Source: Actinomycetota bacterium (GTDB lineage: Bacteria; Actinomycetota; CADDZG01; JAHWKV01; JAOPZY01). From it: DNA of 41,601 bases. The notes beneath the pieces were generated by a model that worked only from the letters and a program-made list of their open reading frames with translations, was not told the DNA's origin and ran no database searches. Below, piece after piece: positions 24,897 through 34,458 of the stretch. The position numbers and the translations under genes were made by a program. The DNA lies in contig JAOPZY010000173.1 in the NCBI GenBank assembly GCA_025963875.1, forward strand, positions 1 to 41,601, in the 5' to 3' direction. Numbering within the stretch: the stretch's first letter is position 1; each line of letters begins with the position of its first letter.

Positions 24897-26111
24897 ATGA
24901 GGGCTGCTCGCGCACGAATTCGGCTGCTCTCTGCATTCCTTGGCGGGGCAGCGGTTGCCGCAGCGATTGCAGCTTCGACGGCGGGCGGGGCCTCCGCTGC
25001 CCCTGCGAACTGCCAGCCCGGCTCGGGGCCGCCCTGCCAGCAGGCGTTCTTCCAGATCGACAAGGCCACCGGGAAGGTGGTCGCCGCCGTGGCCCTCCCC
25101 GGCGACAACAAGGAGGGAGCCGACTACGACGGCGTGGACTGCCAGATCGGGGGGTCCGGGCACTGCTTCCTCGCCGCCGACCACGCCGGTTTCCTGCTGA
25201 TGACCTTCAGCTCCTTCACCTGCGACCCCACGACCGCCACGACGCCGATCGGCACCAGCGTCCCGCCGACGATCGACACCATTGCATTCGACAAGGCCAA
25301 CGGAAAGCTCTACGCCGCGGTCGGGTCGCAGCTCAAGGTCGTCGACCAGTCCACCGGCGTCCTCACCGACACCAGCGCGTGGCTCGGCGTCGCCAAGGGT
25401 CCCTCCGGCGACGAAGAGCTCGCCCATGTCGCGGCGCTGACCTTCGACCCGGCGACGGGCAACCTGTTCGGCGTCGAGAGCCGGGGCGCCCGGCCCGCCC
25501 TGCTGTTCAAGGTCGACGCCGGGACCGGCGGCGTGATTCACGACGCGTTCGGGGCGGGGCTGGACTACGTGGAGATCGCGCCGGTCGGCGGCCGCAACGA
25601 CGTCTACGGCATCGTGGTGTCGGGCGGCACGATGTACGCCACCATGAGCCTGAACGACGCCGACCCGCACCTCGCGACGGTGAACACGGCAAGCGGCGCC
25701 ACGGCCGACATCGGCTCGGAGGGGGTGCCGCTCGTCGAAGGGCTCACCTCCGACTCGACCGGCAACCTCTACGGGCTGTCCGGCTCCGGGGGGACGGTCA
25801 TCGGGACGCTGCCCTGCCCGACGCCGAGCCCCACGCCCACCGTGACGCCGACGGTGACCCCGACGACGCCGGCGCCTTCTCTAGCCCCGGTCGCCGCCTC
25901 GGTCCCCCCGACCGAGGTGCTCGGCCTCCAGACGAGCAGGCCACCCGCGGTGGGGAAGACCCTGCCGACCACGGGCTTCAACGCCATGCCGCCGGTAGCG
26001 CTTGCCGCCGCCTTCATCCTGGTGGGCCTGGCGCTCACGAGCTCACGCCCCGCGCGGTCCCGCCCCGACGGGTCCGGCGATGTGGAGGGCGAGATCGATG
26101 GCCGGGGATGA
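24897..26111 (+). CDS. Secreted beta-propeller-like surface protein with LPxTG sorting signal
   Basis: Signal peptide, repeated blades (IDTIAFDKANGKLY, ALTFDPATGNLF, GLTSDSTGNLY), Pro/Thr linker, then LPTTG, a hydrophobic stretch and a basic tail. TAAAAT lies 6 nt before the ATG. Confidence 0.8.
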   Translation: MRAARARIRLLSAFLGGAAVAAAIAASTAGGASAAPANCQPGSGPPCQQAFFQIDKATGKVVAAVALPGDNKEGADYDGVDCQIGGSGHCFLAADHAGFLLMTFSSFTCDPTTATTPIGTSVPPTIDTIAFDKANGKLYAAVGSQLKVVDQSTGVLTDTSAWLGVAKGPSGDEELAHVAALTFDPATGNLFGVESRGARPALLFKVDAGTGGVIHDAFGAGLDYVEIAPVGGRNDVYGIVVSGGTMYATMSLNDADPHLATVNTASGATADIGSEGVPLVEGLTSDSTGNLYGLSGSGGTVIGTLPCPTPSPTPTVTPTVTPTTPAPSLAPVAASVPPTEVLGLQTSRPPAVGKTLPTTGFNAMPPVALAAAFILVGLALTSSRPARSRPDGSGDVEGEIDGRG

Positions 26112-26918
26112 GTGCGTCAGGGCTCCGACCGATACCGCGTCGGGGCCGAGAGCGGCAATGGCGCCCACGTTGGCGAGGGTGATCCCGCCGGAGATCTCGA
26201 GGAACGCCCTGCCTCGCGTCGCCGCCACGGCCTTCGCGATGGCGTCCGGCCCGGCGTTGTCGAGGAGGATCTGCTCGGCTCCGGCCGCCAGCGCCTCCTC
26301 GAGCTCCGCCGCCGAGGTGACCTCGACCTCCACCGGCATCTGCGGCTGAGCCCGTGCCCGCCGGATCGCTTCGTTGATGCCGCCGGCCAGGCGGATGTGG
26401 CTGGTCTTGATGAGGATGGCGTCGTAGAGGCCGGCGCGGTGCAGGGTGCCGCCGCCGGTCGCCACCGCGGCCCGCTGCACCGCCCGCATGCCGGGGACGG
26501 TCTTGCGGGTGCAGAGCACCTTGACGCCGTGGGGAGCGCAGACGCTGACGAACGCCGCCGTCTGGGTGGCGACACCCGAGAGGTGCTGCAGGAAGTTCAG
26601 CGCCACGCGCTCGCCGGCGAGGATCGCCCTGGCCCTCCCCGACAGCTCCGCCACGGTGGCATCCGGCGTCAGCGCCGCGCCGTCGGCCAGCTTCCAGTCG
26701 ATGGCCAGCGCCGGGTCGACGAGCCGGAAGACGGTAGCGGCCACGGCGGTCCCGGCCAGCACCCCGCCCTGTTTGGCGAGGATGCGCCCCCGGGAGGGCA
26801 GCTCCGCCCGAACGATGCGCTTGGAGGTGACGTCGCCGCTGCCGCCCGCGGGACCGAGGTCCTCGGCGAGGGCCCGGCGGGCAAGCTCTTCAATCTCCAG
26901 GGACGGCAACGAGGACAT
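26043..26918 (-). CDS. nadC: Nicotinate-nucleotide diphosphorylase (quinolinate phosphoribosyltransferase)
   Basis: [68 protein letters not shown]. Confidence 0.95.
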   Translation of the reverse strand: MSSLPSLEIEELARRALAEDLGPAGGSGDVTSKRIVRAELPSRGRILAKQGGVLAGTAVAATVFRLVDPALAIDWKLADGAALTPDATVAELSGRARAILAGERVALNFLQHLSGVATQTAAFVSVCAPHGVKVLCTRKTVPGMRAVQRAAVATGGGTLHRAGLYDAILIKTSHIRLAGGINEAIRRARAQPQMPVEVEVTSAAELEEALAAGAEQILLDNAGPDAIAKAVAATRGRAFLEISGGITLANVGAIAALGPDAVSVGALTHSSPAIDLALHIAGPVGAGPRGA

Positions 26919-26959
26919 GGGCCAACTCCAAGGTCTTGGTACGCTGCTACTCATACACC

Positions 26960-27934
26960 ATGACGACGGCACAGGCGGAGATTCCGGAACTCGGCTACCT
27001 GGCATGGGCGCGGGAGGTGCGCTCGCTGGCGGCCGAATGCAACGCGGTCATCCTCGCCCACAGCTACCAGGTGCCGTGGATCCAGGAGGTGGCCCACTTC
27101 ACCGGCGACTCCCTCGAGCTGTCGCGCAGGGCCGCCGCCACCGACGCCGAGGTGATCGTCTTCTGCGGCGTGCACTTCATGGCGGAGACCGCCAAGATCC
27201 TTTCGCCCGACCGCACCGTGCTCATCCCCGACATGGACGCCGGGTGCTCCCTGGCGGACAGCATCACCGGGGCGCAGCTCAGGGCCTGGAAGGACGAGCA
27301 CCCCGGCGCCGTCGTCGTCGCCTACGTCAACACCTCCGCCGAGGTGAAGGCGGAGTCCGACTACTGCTGCACGTCTGCCAATGCCGTCCAGGTCGTCCAG
27401 GCGATCCCCGCCGGCAAGGAGATCCTTTTCCTGCCCGACATGTTCCTCGCCGCGCACGTGGAGCGCCAGACGGGGCGGAAGCTGGAGGTGTGGATGGGGG
27501 AGTGCCACGTGCACGCCGGCATCGAGCCCGCCGACCTCGAGGACCGCCTCGCGGAGTTCCCCGACGCGGAGCTGATGATCCACCCCGAGTGCGGCTGCGC
27601 CTCGCACGCGGTCTGGATGGCCTCCTCCGGGATGCTGCCGGCGAACCGTACCCACGTCCTCTCGACCTCGGGCATGCTGCGCCGCGCGGCGGCCACCGAT
27701 GCCCGCAGGGTCATCGTCGCCACCGAGACCGGCCTCATCCACCGCCTCCGCGTCGCCCAGCCGGAGCGGGAGTTCATCGCCGCCAACGAGGCGGCCATCT
27801 GCCGCTACATGAAGATGATCACGCCCGACAAGCTGCTCGACAGCCTGCGGCTCAACATCCACGAGGTGACGGTGGATCGGGACGTGGCGGACCGCGCCCG
27901 CCTTGCCATCGAGCGCATGATCGCGATCGGCTGA
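26960..27934 (+). CDS. nadA: Quinolinate synthase
   Basis: [56 protein letters not shown]. Confidence 0.97.
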   Translation: MTTAQAEIPELGYLAWAREVRSLAAECNAVILAHSYQVPWIQEVAHFTGDSLELSRRAAATDAEVIVFCGVHFMAETAKILSPDRTVLIPDMDAGCSLADSITGAQLRAWKDEHPGAVVVAYVNTSAEVKAESDYCCTSANAVQVVQAIPAGKEILFLPDMFLAAHVERQTGRKLEVWMGECHVHAGIEPADLEDRLAEFPDAELMIHPECGCASHAVWMASSGMLPANRTHVLSTSGMLRRAAATDARRVIVATETGLIHRLRVAQPEREFIAANEAAICRYMKMITPDKLLDSLRLNIHEVTVDRDVADRARLAIERMIAIG

Positions 27935-27941
27935 GAATTTG

Positions 27942-28259
27942 ATGAACGACATCAAGTTCGACGACAAGGGCCTCGTCCCGGCCATCGTCCAGGACGCGGA
28001 CACGAACGAGATCCTGATGATGGCCTGGATGAACGAGGAGTCGCTGAACCGGACACTCGAGCAGGGCACGACCTGGTTCTGGTCGCGCAGCCGCCAGGAG
28101 TTCTGGAACAAGGGGGCCACGTCGGGCAACCTGCAGCACGTGACCGACGTGCGGTACGACTGCGACGGCGACGTCCTGCTGGTCAAGGTGCACCCCGACG
28201 GCCCTGCCTGCCACACCGGCGAGCGCACCTGCTTCTTCCGCTCCCTGACCAGTTCCTGA
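27942..28259 (+). CDS. hisI: Phosphoribosyl-AMP cyclohydrolase
   Basis: [42 protein letters not shown]. Confidence 0.97.
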   Translation: MNDIKFDDKGLVPAIVQDADTNEILMMAWMNEESLNRTLEQGTTWFWSRSRQEFWNKGATSGNLQHVTDVRYDCDGDVLLVKVHPDGPACHTGERTCFFRSLTSS

Positions 28260-28260
28260 A

Positions 28261-29742
28261 ATGCCTCAGTACCGCCCCTCCCGGGAGGAGTTCGAGCGGC
28301 TGGCATCCGACTATCCCGTCGTGCCGGTGTGGCGCGAGGTGATCGCAGACCTGGAGACCCCGGTCTCGGCCTTCTGCAAGCTCGCCTCCTCCCCTGAATC
28401 CGCTCACGCCTTCCTGTTGGAGTCGGTCGAGGGCGGTGAGCGCTGGGGCCGCTACTCGTTCATCGGGGTCGATCCGTTCCTCGTGATGGTGTGCAAGGAC
28501 GGCGTCGTGTCGTGGGAGGGAAGCCCGCCCGCCGCGGCCGCTGCGATGCCCGACGGCTCCAGCCCGCTCGAGATCCTCCGCACGGTCCTGGAAAGCTACC
28601 GCACGCCGGCCCTTGCGGGCCTGCCCCCGCTGCACGCGGGGGCCGTCGGATACCTCGGCTACGACGTCGTCCGGTACCTGGAGCGGCTGCCCCAGACGAC
28701 CACCGACGAGGTGGGCGTCCCCGAGATGATGCTGATGTTCCCCCGCAGCCTCGTGGTCTTCGACCACCTGCGCCAGCGCATCGCCTTTGTTGCCAACGTC
28801 ATCGACGGGGACAGCTACGACGATGCCGTGGCGCGCAGCGAGGAGCTGGTGGCGGCCCTCGGCAGGCCGCTGGCCTACGACCCGCTCGAGCTGACGCCCG
28901 TCGAGGTCGAGCTTCCCCCCTCGACGATGAAGCGGGAGGAGTTCGAGGCCGCCGTCGAGGCTGCCCGGGAGTACATCGCCGCCGGCGACATCTTCCAGGT
29001 GGTCGTCGCCCAGCGCTTCTCCGCCCCCATCACGGCCGACCCGTTCGACGTCTACCGGGTCCTGCGCCTGGTCAACCCCAGCCCCTACATGTTCTACCTC
29101 CGCCATCCCGACATCACCCTGATCGGGTCGTCGCCCGAGCCGCTGATCAAGGTCCAGCAGGGCCACGTGACCCAGCGCCCCATCGCCGGTTCACGGCCGA
29201 GGGGCGCCACCGAGGAGGAGGACGTGGCGCTGGCGGAGGAGCTGCTCGGCGACGAGAAGGAGCGCGCCGAGCACGTGATGCTGGTGGACCTCGCCCGCAA
29301 CGACGTGGGCCGGGTCTCGACGTGGGGGAGCGTCAAGGTCGAGGAGCTGATGGTGGTGGAGCGCTACTCGCACATCATGCACCTGGTCTCCCAGGTGTCC
29401 GGCGAGCTGGCGGAGGGCCGGACGGCCCTCGACGCCCTCTACGCCTCGTTCCCGGCCGGGACGGTCTCGGGGGCTCCGAAGATCCGGGCGATGGAGATCA
29501 TCGACGAGCTCGAGCCCACCCGGCGGGGCCCGTACGCGGGGATCGTGGGGTACTTCGACTTCTCCGGCAACCTCGACACGTGCATCGCCCTGCGGACCGC
29601 CTACATCGCCGGCGGCACGTTCCACATGCAGGCGGGGGGCGGCATCGTGGCCGACAGCGAGCCGTCGAAGGAGTACTGGGAGTCGGTGAACAAGGCGAAG
29701 GCGCTCCTGACGGCGGCGCAGATCGCCGAGCGCCTCCGGTAG
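28261..29742 (+). CDS. trpE: Anthranilate synthase component I
   Basis: DLETPVS, FLLESVEGGERWGRYS, NPSPYM, SSPE, EHVMLVDLARND, PAGTVSGAPK, QAGGGIVADS. Confidence 0.96.
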   Translation: MPQYRPSREEFERLASDYPVVPVWREVIADLETPVSAFCKLASSPESAHAFLLESVEGGERWGRYSFIGVDPFLVMVCKDGVVSWEGSPPAAAAAMPDGSSPLEILRTVLESYRTPALAGLPPLHAGAVGYLGYDVVRYLERLPQTTTDEVGVPEMMLMFPRSLVVFDHLRQRIAFVANVIDGDSYDDAVARSEELVAALGRPLAYDPLELTPVEVELPPSTMKREEFEAAVEAAREYIAAGDIFQVVVAQRFSAPITADPFDVYRVLRLVNPSPYMFYLRHPDITLIGSSPEPLIKVQQGHVTQRPIAGSRPRGATEEEDVALAEELLGDEKERAEHVMLVDLARNDVGRVSTWGSVKVEELMVVERYSHIMHLVSQVSGELAEGRTALDALYASFPAGTVSGAPKIRAMEIIDELEPTRRGPYAGIVGYFDFSGNLDTCIALRTAYIAGGTFHMQAGGGIVADSEPSKEYWESVNKAKALLTAAQIAERLR

Positions 29743-29743
29743 G

Positions 29744-30820
29744 TCAGCGGGGTATGGCGGGGGGCACGGCCACGTAGGAGAGCAGCCAGCCCGTGATGCC
29801 CGCGACGGCCACGGAGCCCAGCCACAGGTGGATCGACCACCAGATGCCGGTCGTCGCGAGGAGGCTCAGGAAGTACACGAAGTAGAAGATCGCCGGGACC
29901 CCGAAAGCGAAGAGGCGGAAGGCGAGCTGGCCGTTCCGAACCCGGTTCCCCCGAAGGGCCGCGTAGAGTGTGTCGGCGAGTAGCCCTGCCACCAGGGCGG
30001 CCGGGACGAGGCTGAGCCCGCCACCCCACCCGCCGACCTGCCTGCTCAGGAAACTCAGGCCGAAGGCGTTGAGCCCGAGGATCGTGGTCAGCGTCCCGAA
30101 CGTGAGGACGAAGCGCCGGGCGGCGAGCAGCACGAGGCCCATCACGACGGCCGTCTGGATGACGACGCCGCTGACCCCGAGGGCCTGCTGGTAGAAGACG
30201 AAGCCGCGGAAGTCCGACGCCGACCCTGCCGCCTGCGGGTTCACCAGGGGGTGCGCGATCTGCAGGAGGAATGTGATCACCGCGAGCACGGCGGTCACCG
30301 ACAGCACCGCGGGCCAGGGCATGACCGCGGGCTCGTTGCCGGGGTCGGCTCGTCGCCAGGCGGAGCGGAGGGGTCCGCTGGCCAGCAGCACGCCACCGAT
30401 GGCAAGGACCAGGTGCGTCGGGCTGAACAGGGCGTCCACGTTGGCCTCGATACCGAAGACGATGTGCCAGGCCATGTCCGCCACGCCGCCCACGAGGAAG
30501 ATCGCAGCTCCGAGCAGCGAGAGCTCGTAGCCGGGCGGCACCGACTCCCGCAGCGCAAGGCCCCGCCGGAGGCCGGCCCGCGCGGTGACGCCGACGACCG
30601 CCGCCAGCACGAGAAATCCCGAGTACAGCACGGCGTGCCAGGGAGTGAAGAAGGACTGGTCGACGTGGCCGTGGACGTGCGCCCACCCGTCCAGGTAGAG
30701 CCCTCCCGCGAAGGCGGTGCCCAGGATCGCGACCATCCCGTCGAAGCGCTTCGATGCGGGGGGCCTCGGGGTCCCGCGCTCCCGAAGGGTGGTCGGGGGG
30801 GCGGGAGCGGCGAGGCGCAT
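29744..30820 (-). CDS. Polytopic membrane protein of unknown function with His/Asp motifs
   Basis: About 9-10 hydrophobic segments; LDGWAH..FFTPWH and DMAWH..LFSPTH motifs. Start at ATG 30820 assumed, to avoid overlapping the kinase. Confidence 0.78.
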   Translation of the reverse strand: MRLAAPAPPTTLRERGTPRPPASKRFDGMVAILGTAFAGGLYLDGWAHVHGHVDQSFFTPWHAVLYSGFLVLAAVVGVTARAGLRRGLALRESVPPGYELSLLGAAIFLVGGVADMAWHIVFGIEANVDALFSPTHLVLAIGGVLLASGPLRSAWRRADPGNEPAVMPWPAVLSVTAVLAVITFLLQIAHPLVNPQAAGSASDFRGFVFYQQALGVSGVVIQTAVVMGLVLLAARRFVLTFGTLTTILGLNAFGLSFLSRQVGGWGGGLSLVPAALVAGLLADTLYAALRGNRVRNGQLAFRLFAFGVPAIFYFVYFLSLLATTGIWWSIHLWLGSVAVAGITGWLLSYVAVPPAIPR

Positions 30821-30851
30821 GGAACCATGATCGCGCCGACCGGCCTGGATA

Positions 30852-33629
30852 ATGTCGTCCACGATGAACGCGACGACCAACGACGGCCTTCCGCTCGGGC
30901 ACCGGTACCTGCTGCACGAGGTGATCGGCCGGGGAGCCATGGGCGAGGTCCGGCGCGCGACGGCACGGGACACCGGTGAGGAGTTCGCCGCCAAGGTGCT
31001 CCGCCCGGAGCTTGCCGCCGACGAGGACGTGGTGTCCCGCTTCCTGCAGGAGCGACGGATCCTCATGCGCATCTCGTCGCCCAACGTGGTGGCGGTGCGG
31101 GACCTCGTCGTCGAGGCGGACACCCTGGCGATCGTGGCCGACCTCGTGCGGGGCCCGAACCTTCGCACCTACCTCGACGCCGCCGGCACGCTGGCCCCCG
31201 CGGAGGCGGCTGCCGTGGCGGTCCAGGTGCTGCACGGCCTGGCCGCGGCCCACGCGCTCGGCGTCGTGCACCGGGACGTGAAGCCGGAGAACGTCCTGAT
31301 GGACACCAGCGGTCCCACGCCGGTGGCCAAGCTGACCGACTTCGGCGTCGCCCGGCTCGCCCAGGGCCCGTCGTCGGGCCGGATGACGGCGCTCGTCGGC
31401 ACCGTCGCCTACCTCGCCCCCGAGCTCGCCGAGGACTCCCGGGCCACCCCGCCGTCCGACATCTGGTCCACCGGCATCCTGCTCTACGAGCTCCTCTGCG
31501 GGACCACCCCCTTCTCGGTGGGCTCGGGGGGCAACCTCATTGGGATGATCAAGGCCGCTGCGGAGCGCGAACCGGCGCCGCTGCCCGGCGTCCCGGCGGA
31601 CCTCTGGATCGCCATCGCCTCCATGCTGGCCAAGGCGCCCGACCAGCGGCCGGCCGCAGCATCGGCAGCGGGCGGTCTGGACGAGCTGCTGCCGTCGCTC
31701 GCGGGCATCGCCGCCCTGCCGCGACTCGCCGCCCCGCCGGGCGTCCCGCCCCATCCCTACCGCACGGTCGTGCTGCCCCGGAGCGCCACCGAGGCGCCGG
31801 CACCCCCGCAGCCCGTCGCCCCCCCTGCCCGTGCCCCGGCCCCGGCCACGGCCCCGGCTTGGCGCCGGCCGCCGGTGTGGCTCCTCGGCGCCGTGGGCGG
31901 TGCCGTGCTCGTCGTAGCGCTGGTCGCCGGCGGCCTGGCGCTTGCCGGGCGCCGCCCGGCGACGGTGTCGCAGAGCTTCCCGCCCGTGCTCGTGGGTGCC
32001 ACGGTGTCGAGCCAGCGTGTCTGGCACCTGTCCGGCGACCGCCTGACGGCGGAGGTCAGCCTCCGCAACGTCGGGTCGTCCCCGGCGGACGTCACCTACG
32101 ACGAGGTGGTTCCCGAGACCGCGGCCCCCAAGTCGGGCGACCTGCGGCAGGTGGCTCCCGGCGGCTACCAGGTGGTCAAGGCGGACCCGGTCCTGCGGTG
32201 GGCCTTCGCCCAGATGCCGCCGGGATCGGTCCAGACCCTGACCTACCAGGCGACGACGAAGTCGCAGCCCAACGCCGGCTCGCCGCGTGGGCGCCTCGCG
32301 GCGCTGGTGGCCGACCAGCAGCGGGAGGAAGCGCTCTACGCCGCGCAGGCCCGCATCTCCATCCGGGTTCTCCATGCGCTCGTGGTCGTGCCCCCGGTCG
32401 TCACGATGGCTCCCGGCGGCACCGTGCCGCTGGCGGTCGCCGGCACGTTCGACGACGGCACCGTCGCCCCCGCCGAGGCCTTCAAGCCGACGTTCGTGTC
32501 GAGCAACCCGGCGGCGGCGGTGGTTGACGACCACGGCACGATCAAGGCCACCGGCACCGGCGGCGCCGTGGTCAGGGCGTCGGTGGGCAGCGTGTGGACC
32601 GACGTGCCGGTGTCCGTGGTGGCCGCGTCGCCCTCTCCACGGCCCCTCCCGGCGGCTTCCCCTCCGACCCCAAAGCCCGCCCCCCCGCCGACCGGGCCGG
32701 CCACGCCCTCCCCGCAACCCACCACGCCCAGCGCGCCCGTTCTTTTGCTGCCCGGGGTCCCGCATGGCCCGGACGACTACGGGAGCGGGCCAGCGGTGGC
32801 GGTCAAGCCCGACGGAACGCAGGCGACGTTGTGGAAGGGGACGGACGGCGACCTGTGGGCCGCGGTCTGGGACGGCAAAGCTTGGAGCGGCCCCACCCGG
32901 CTGGGGATGGGGCCGATGGCCTCGGAGCCCGCCGTCGGCGTCGACGGCAGCGGCCACGGCTGGGCCTACTGGAAGGGCCCGGACGGCCTGCTTCGGGAGG
33001 CGTTCTCCGACGGGACGAAGTGGAACGGCCCCATTGTCCTCTCGCAGTTCGGCGCCGTGGCGTCCGAGCCCGCCGTGGCGATCGCGCCGAGCGGCCATCA
33101 GTACCTGTCCTGGAAGGGGGCGGACGGCCACCTGCTCCTTGTCCACTGGACGGGATCGGCCTGGGAGGGGCCGACGGAGCTCGGCATGGGGCCGCTCAAC
33201 TCCCACCCGGCGGCCGCCTTGGATGCCGCCGAACATCCCTACGTCTACTGGAAGGGGACCGACGGCAACCTCTGGCAAGCCTTCTACGACGGGGCGAGGT
33301 GGACCGGCCCGAAGAGCCTCGGCATGGGGACGCTCGGGTCCGCCCCCGCCGTCGCCGTTGCATCGAGTGGTGCGCAGTCCGTCTACTGGAAGGGGACCGA
33401 CGGCAATCTGTGGGCTGGGGTGTGGACCGGCCAGGCCGCCTCGCCATGGGTCGGCCCCCTCAAGGTGCTGGGCGCCTCCATGGCCGCAGGACCCACCATC
33501 GGCCTCGACGCCGCCGGTCATGCGTGGGTGTACTGGAAGGGCACCGACACGGTGGCGTGGGGAGCGTACTTCGACACGAAGACGTGGATCGGTCCGGTCA
33601 CAATCCCGCAAATGGGTCCCTTCGGCTGA
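30852..33629 (+). CDS. Transmembrane Hanks-type Ser/Thr protein kinase with extracellular Ig-like and lectin-like propeller domains
   Basis: GRGAMG, AAK, HRDVKPEN, DFG, YLAPE, DIWSTG; TM helix; Big_2-like segment (FVSSNPAAAVVDDHGTIKA); Pro-rich linker; six WKGxDG repeats. Start ATG 30852 or 30864. Confidence 0.92.
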   Translation: MSSTMNATTNDGLPLGHRYLLHEVIGRGAMGEVRRATARDTGEEFAAKVLRPELAADEDVVSRFLQERRILMRISSPNVVAVRDLVVEADTLAIVADLVRGPNLRTYLDAAGTLAPAEAAAVAVQVLHGLAAAHALGVVHRDVKPENVLMDTSGPTPVAKLTDFGVARLAQGPSSGRMTALVGTVAYLAPELAEDSRATPPSDIWSTGILLYELLCGTTPFSVGSGGNLIGMIKAAAEREPAPLPGVPADLWIAIASMLAKAPDQRPAAASAAGGLDELLPSLAGIAALPRLAAPPGVPPHPYRTVVLPRSATEAPAPPQPVAPPARAPAPATAPAWRRPPVWLLGAVGGAVLVVALVAGGLALAGRRPATVSQSFPPVLVGATVSSQRVWHLSGDRLTAEVSLRNVGSSPADVTYDEVVPETAAPKSGDLRQVAPGGYQVVKADPVLRWAFAQMPPGSVQTLTYQATTKSQPNAGSPRGRLAALVADQQREEALYAAQARISIRVLHALVVVPPVVTMAPGGTVPLAVAGTFDDGTVAPAEAFKPTFVSSNPAAAVVDDHGTIKATGTGGAVVRASVGSVWTDVPVSVVAASPSPRPLPAASPPTPKPAPPPTGPATPSPQPTTPSAPVLLLPGVPHGPDDYGSGPAVAVKPDGTQATLWKGTDGDLWAAVWDGKAWSGPTRLGMGPMASEPAVGVDGSGHGWAYWKGPDGLLREAFSDGTKWNGPIVLSQFGAVASEPAVAIAPSGHQYLSWKGADGHLLLVHWTGSAWEGPTELGMGPLNSHPAAALDAAEHPYVYWKGTDGNLWQAFYDGARWTGPKSLGMGTLGSAPAVAVASSGAQSVYWKGTDGNLWAGVWTGQAASPWVGPLKVLGASMAAGPTIGLDAAGHAWVYWKGTDTVAWGAYFDTKTWIGPVTIPQMGPFG

Positions 33630-33723
33630 GACCTCGTTCGTGCCAGCGGTTTACAACAAAGCCGTCACAGCTTCTCAACAAACGTTGCGGGCCCAGATCG
33701 CCGTTCACCGTAGGATCTAGACC

Positions 33724-34458
33724 GTGAACCCGGCCCCCGCGCAGCGACCGATCGCTGCGCGCACCATTCTCGTCGTGGACGACGAGGCGGCACTCGTCGA
33801 GGCGGTTCGAGCGCGCCTGGTGAGCGAGGGCTATTCGGTGCGGGTCGCGGCCGACGGACCGAGCGCCCTGGCGGCCGTCGAGGCGGAACGCCCCGACCTG
33901 GTCGTGCTCGACCTCATGCTGCCCGGCATGGACGGCCTCGAGGTCTGCCGCGAGATCCAGAAGCGGGACTGGGTCCCGGTCCTCATGCTGACCGCCCGCA
34001 CCGGCGAGACCGACAAGATCGCCGGCTTTGCCGTCGGCGCCGACGACTACCTCACCAAGCCGTTCAGCCTGCGGGAGCTGGCGGCGAGGGTGCGGGCCAT
34101 CCTCCGCAGGATGGAGCGGGCCGGGGCGCTCGGCGCGGCAACCCCCGACGTCACTCTCATCCGGTTCGATCTCGTCATCGACCCGTCGCGGCGGCGGGTC
34201 CAGCAGGCGGGGACCGACGTGGCGTTGACCCCTCTGGAGTTCGAGATCCTCCTCGCGCTCGCCCAGGCCCCCGGCGTCGTCTACGCGAGGGAGCAGCTCA
34301 TGGAGCGGGTGTGGGGCTACCGGGACCATGCCGGCGGGCGTGTCGTCGACAGCCACGTCGCCCGGATCCGGCGCAAGCTCCGCGACGAGGCGGCCGAGCC
34401 CCGCTACATCCGGACGGTGCACTGGGTCGGCTACACGTTCCGCGAAGCCGGCATGTGA
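33724..34458 (+). CDS. OmpR/PhoB-family response regulator
   Basis: ILVVDDE, DLVVLDLMLPGMDG, ADDYLTKPF, winged helix LTPLEFEIL..VVDSHVARIRRKL. Confidence 0.95.
   Translation: MNPAPAQRPIAARTILVVDDEAALVEAVRARLVSEGYSVRVAADGPSALAAVEAERPDLVVLDLMLPGMDGLEVCREIQKRDWVPVLMLTARTGETDKIAGFAVGADDYLTKPFSLRELAARVRAILRRMERAGALGAATPDVTLIRFDLVIDPSRRRVQQAGTDVALTPLEFEILLALAQAPGVVYAREQLMERVWGYRDHAGGRVVDSHVARIRRKLRDEAAEPRYIRTVHWVGYTFREAGM

Noticed and set aside
29601..33611. 1336-aa minus-strand ORF, the longest in the track
   Set aside because: Arg/Gly/Pro-rich, antisense to the kinase and out of frame with the membrane protein; a GC artefact.
34411..34440. RTVHWVGY in place of the usual RTVxGVGY in the OmpR wing
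   Set aside because: A single-base difference; polymorphism cannot be told from sequencing error and function cannot be judged.
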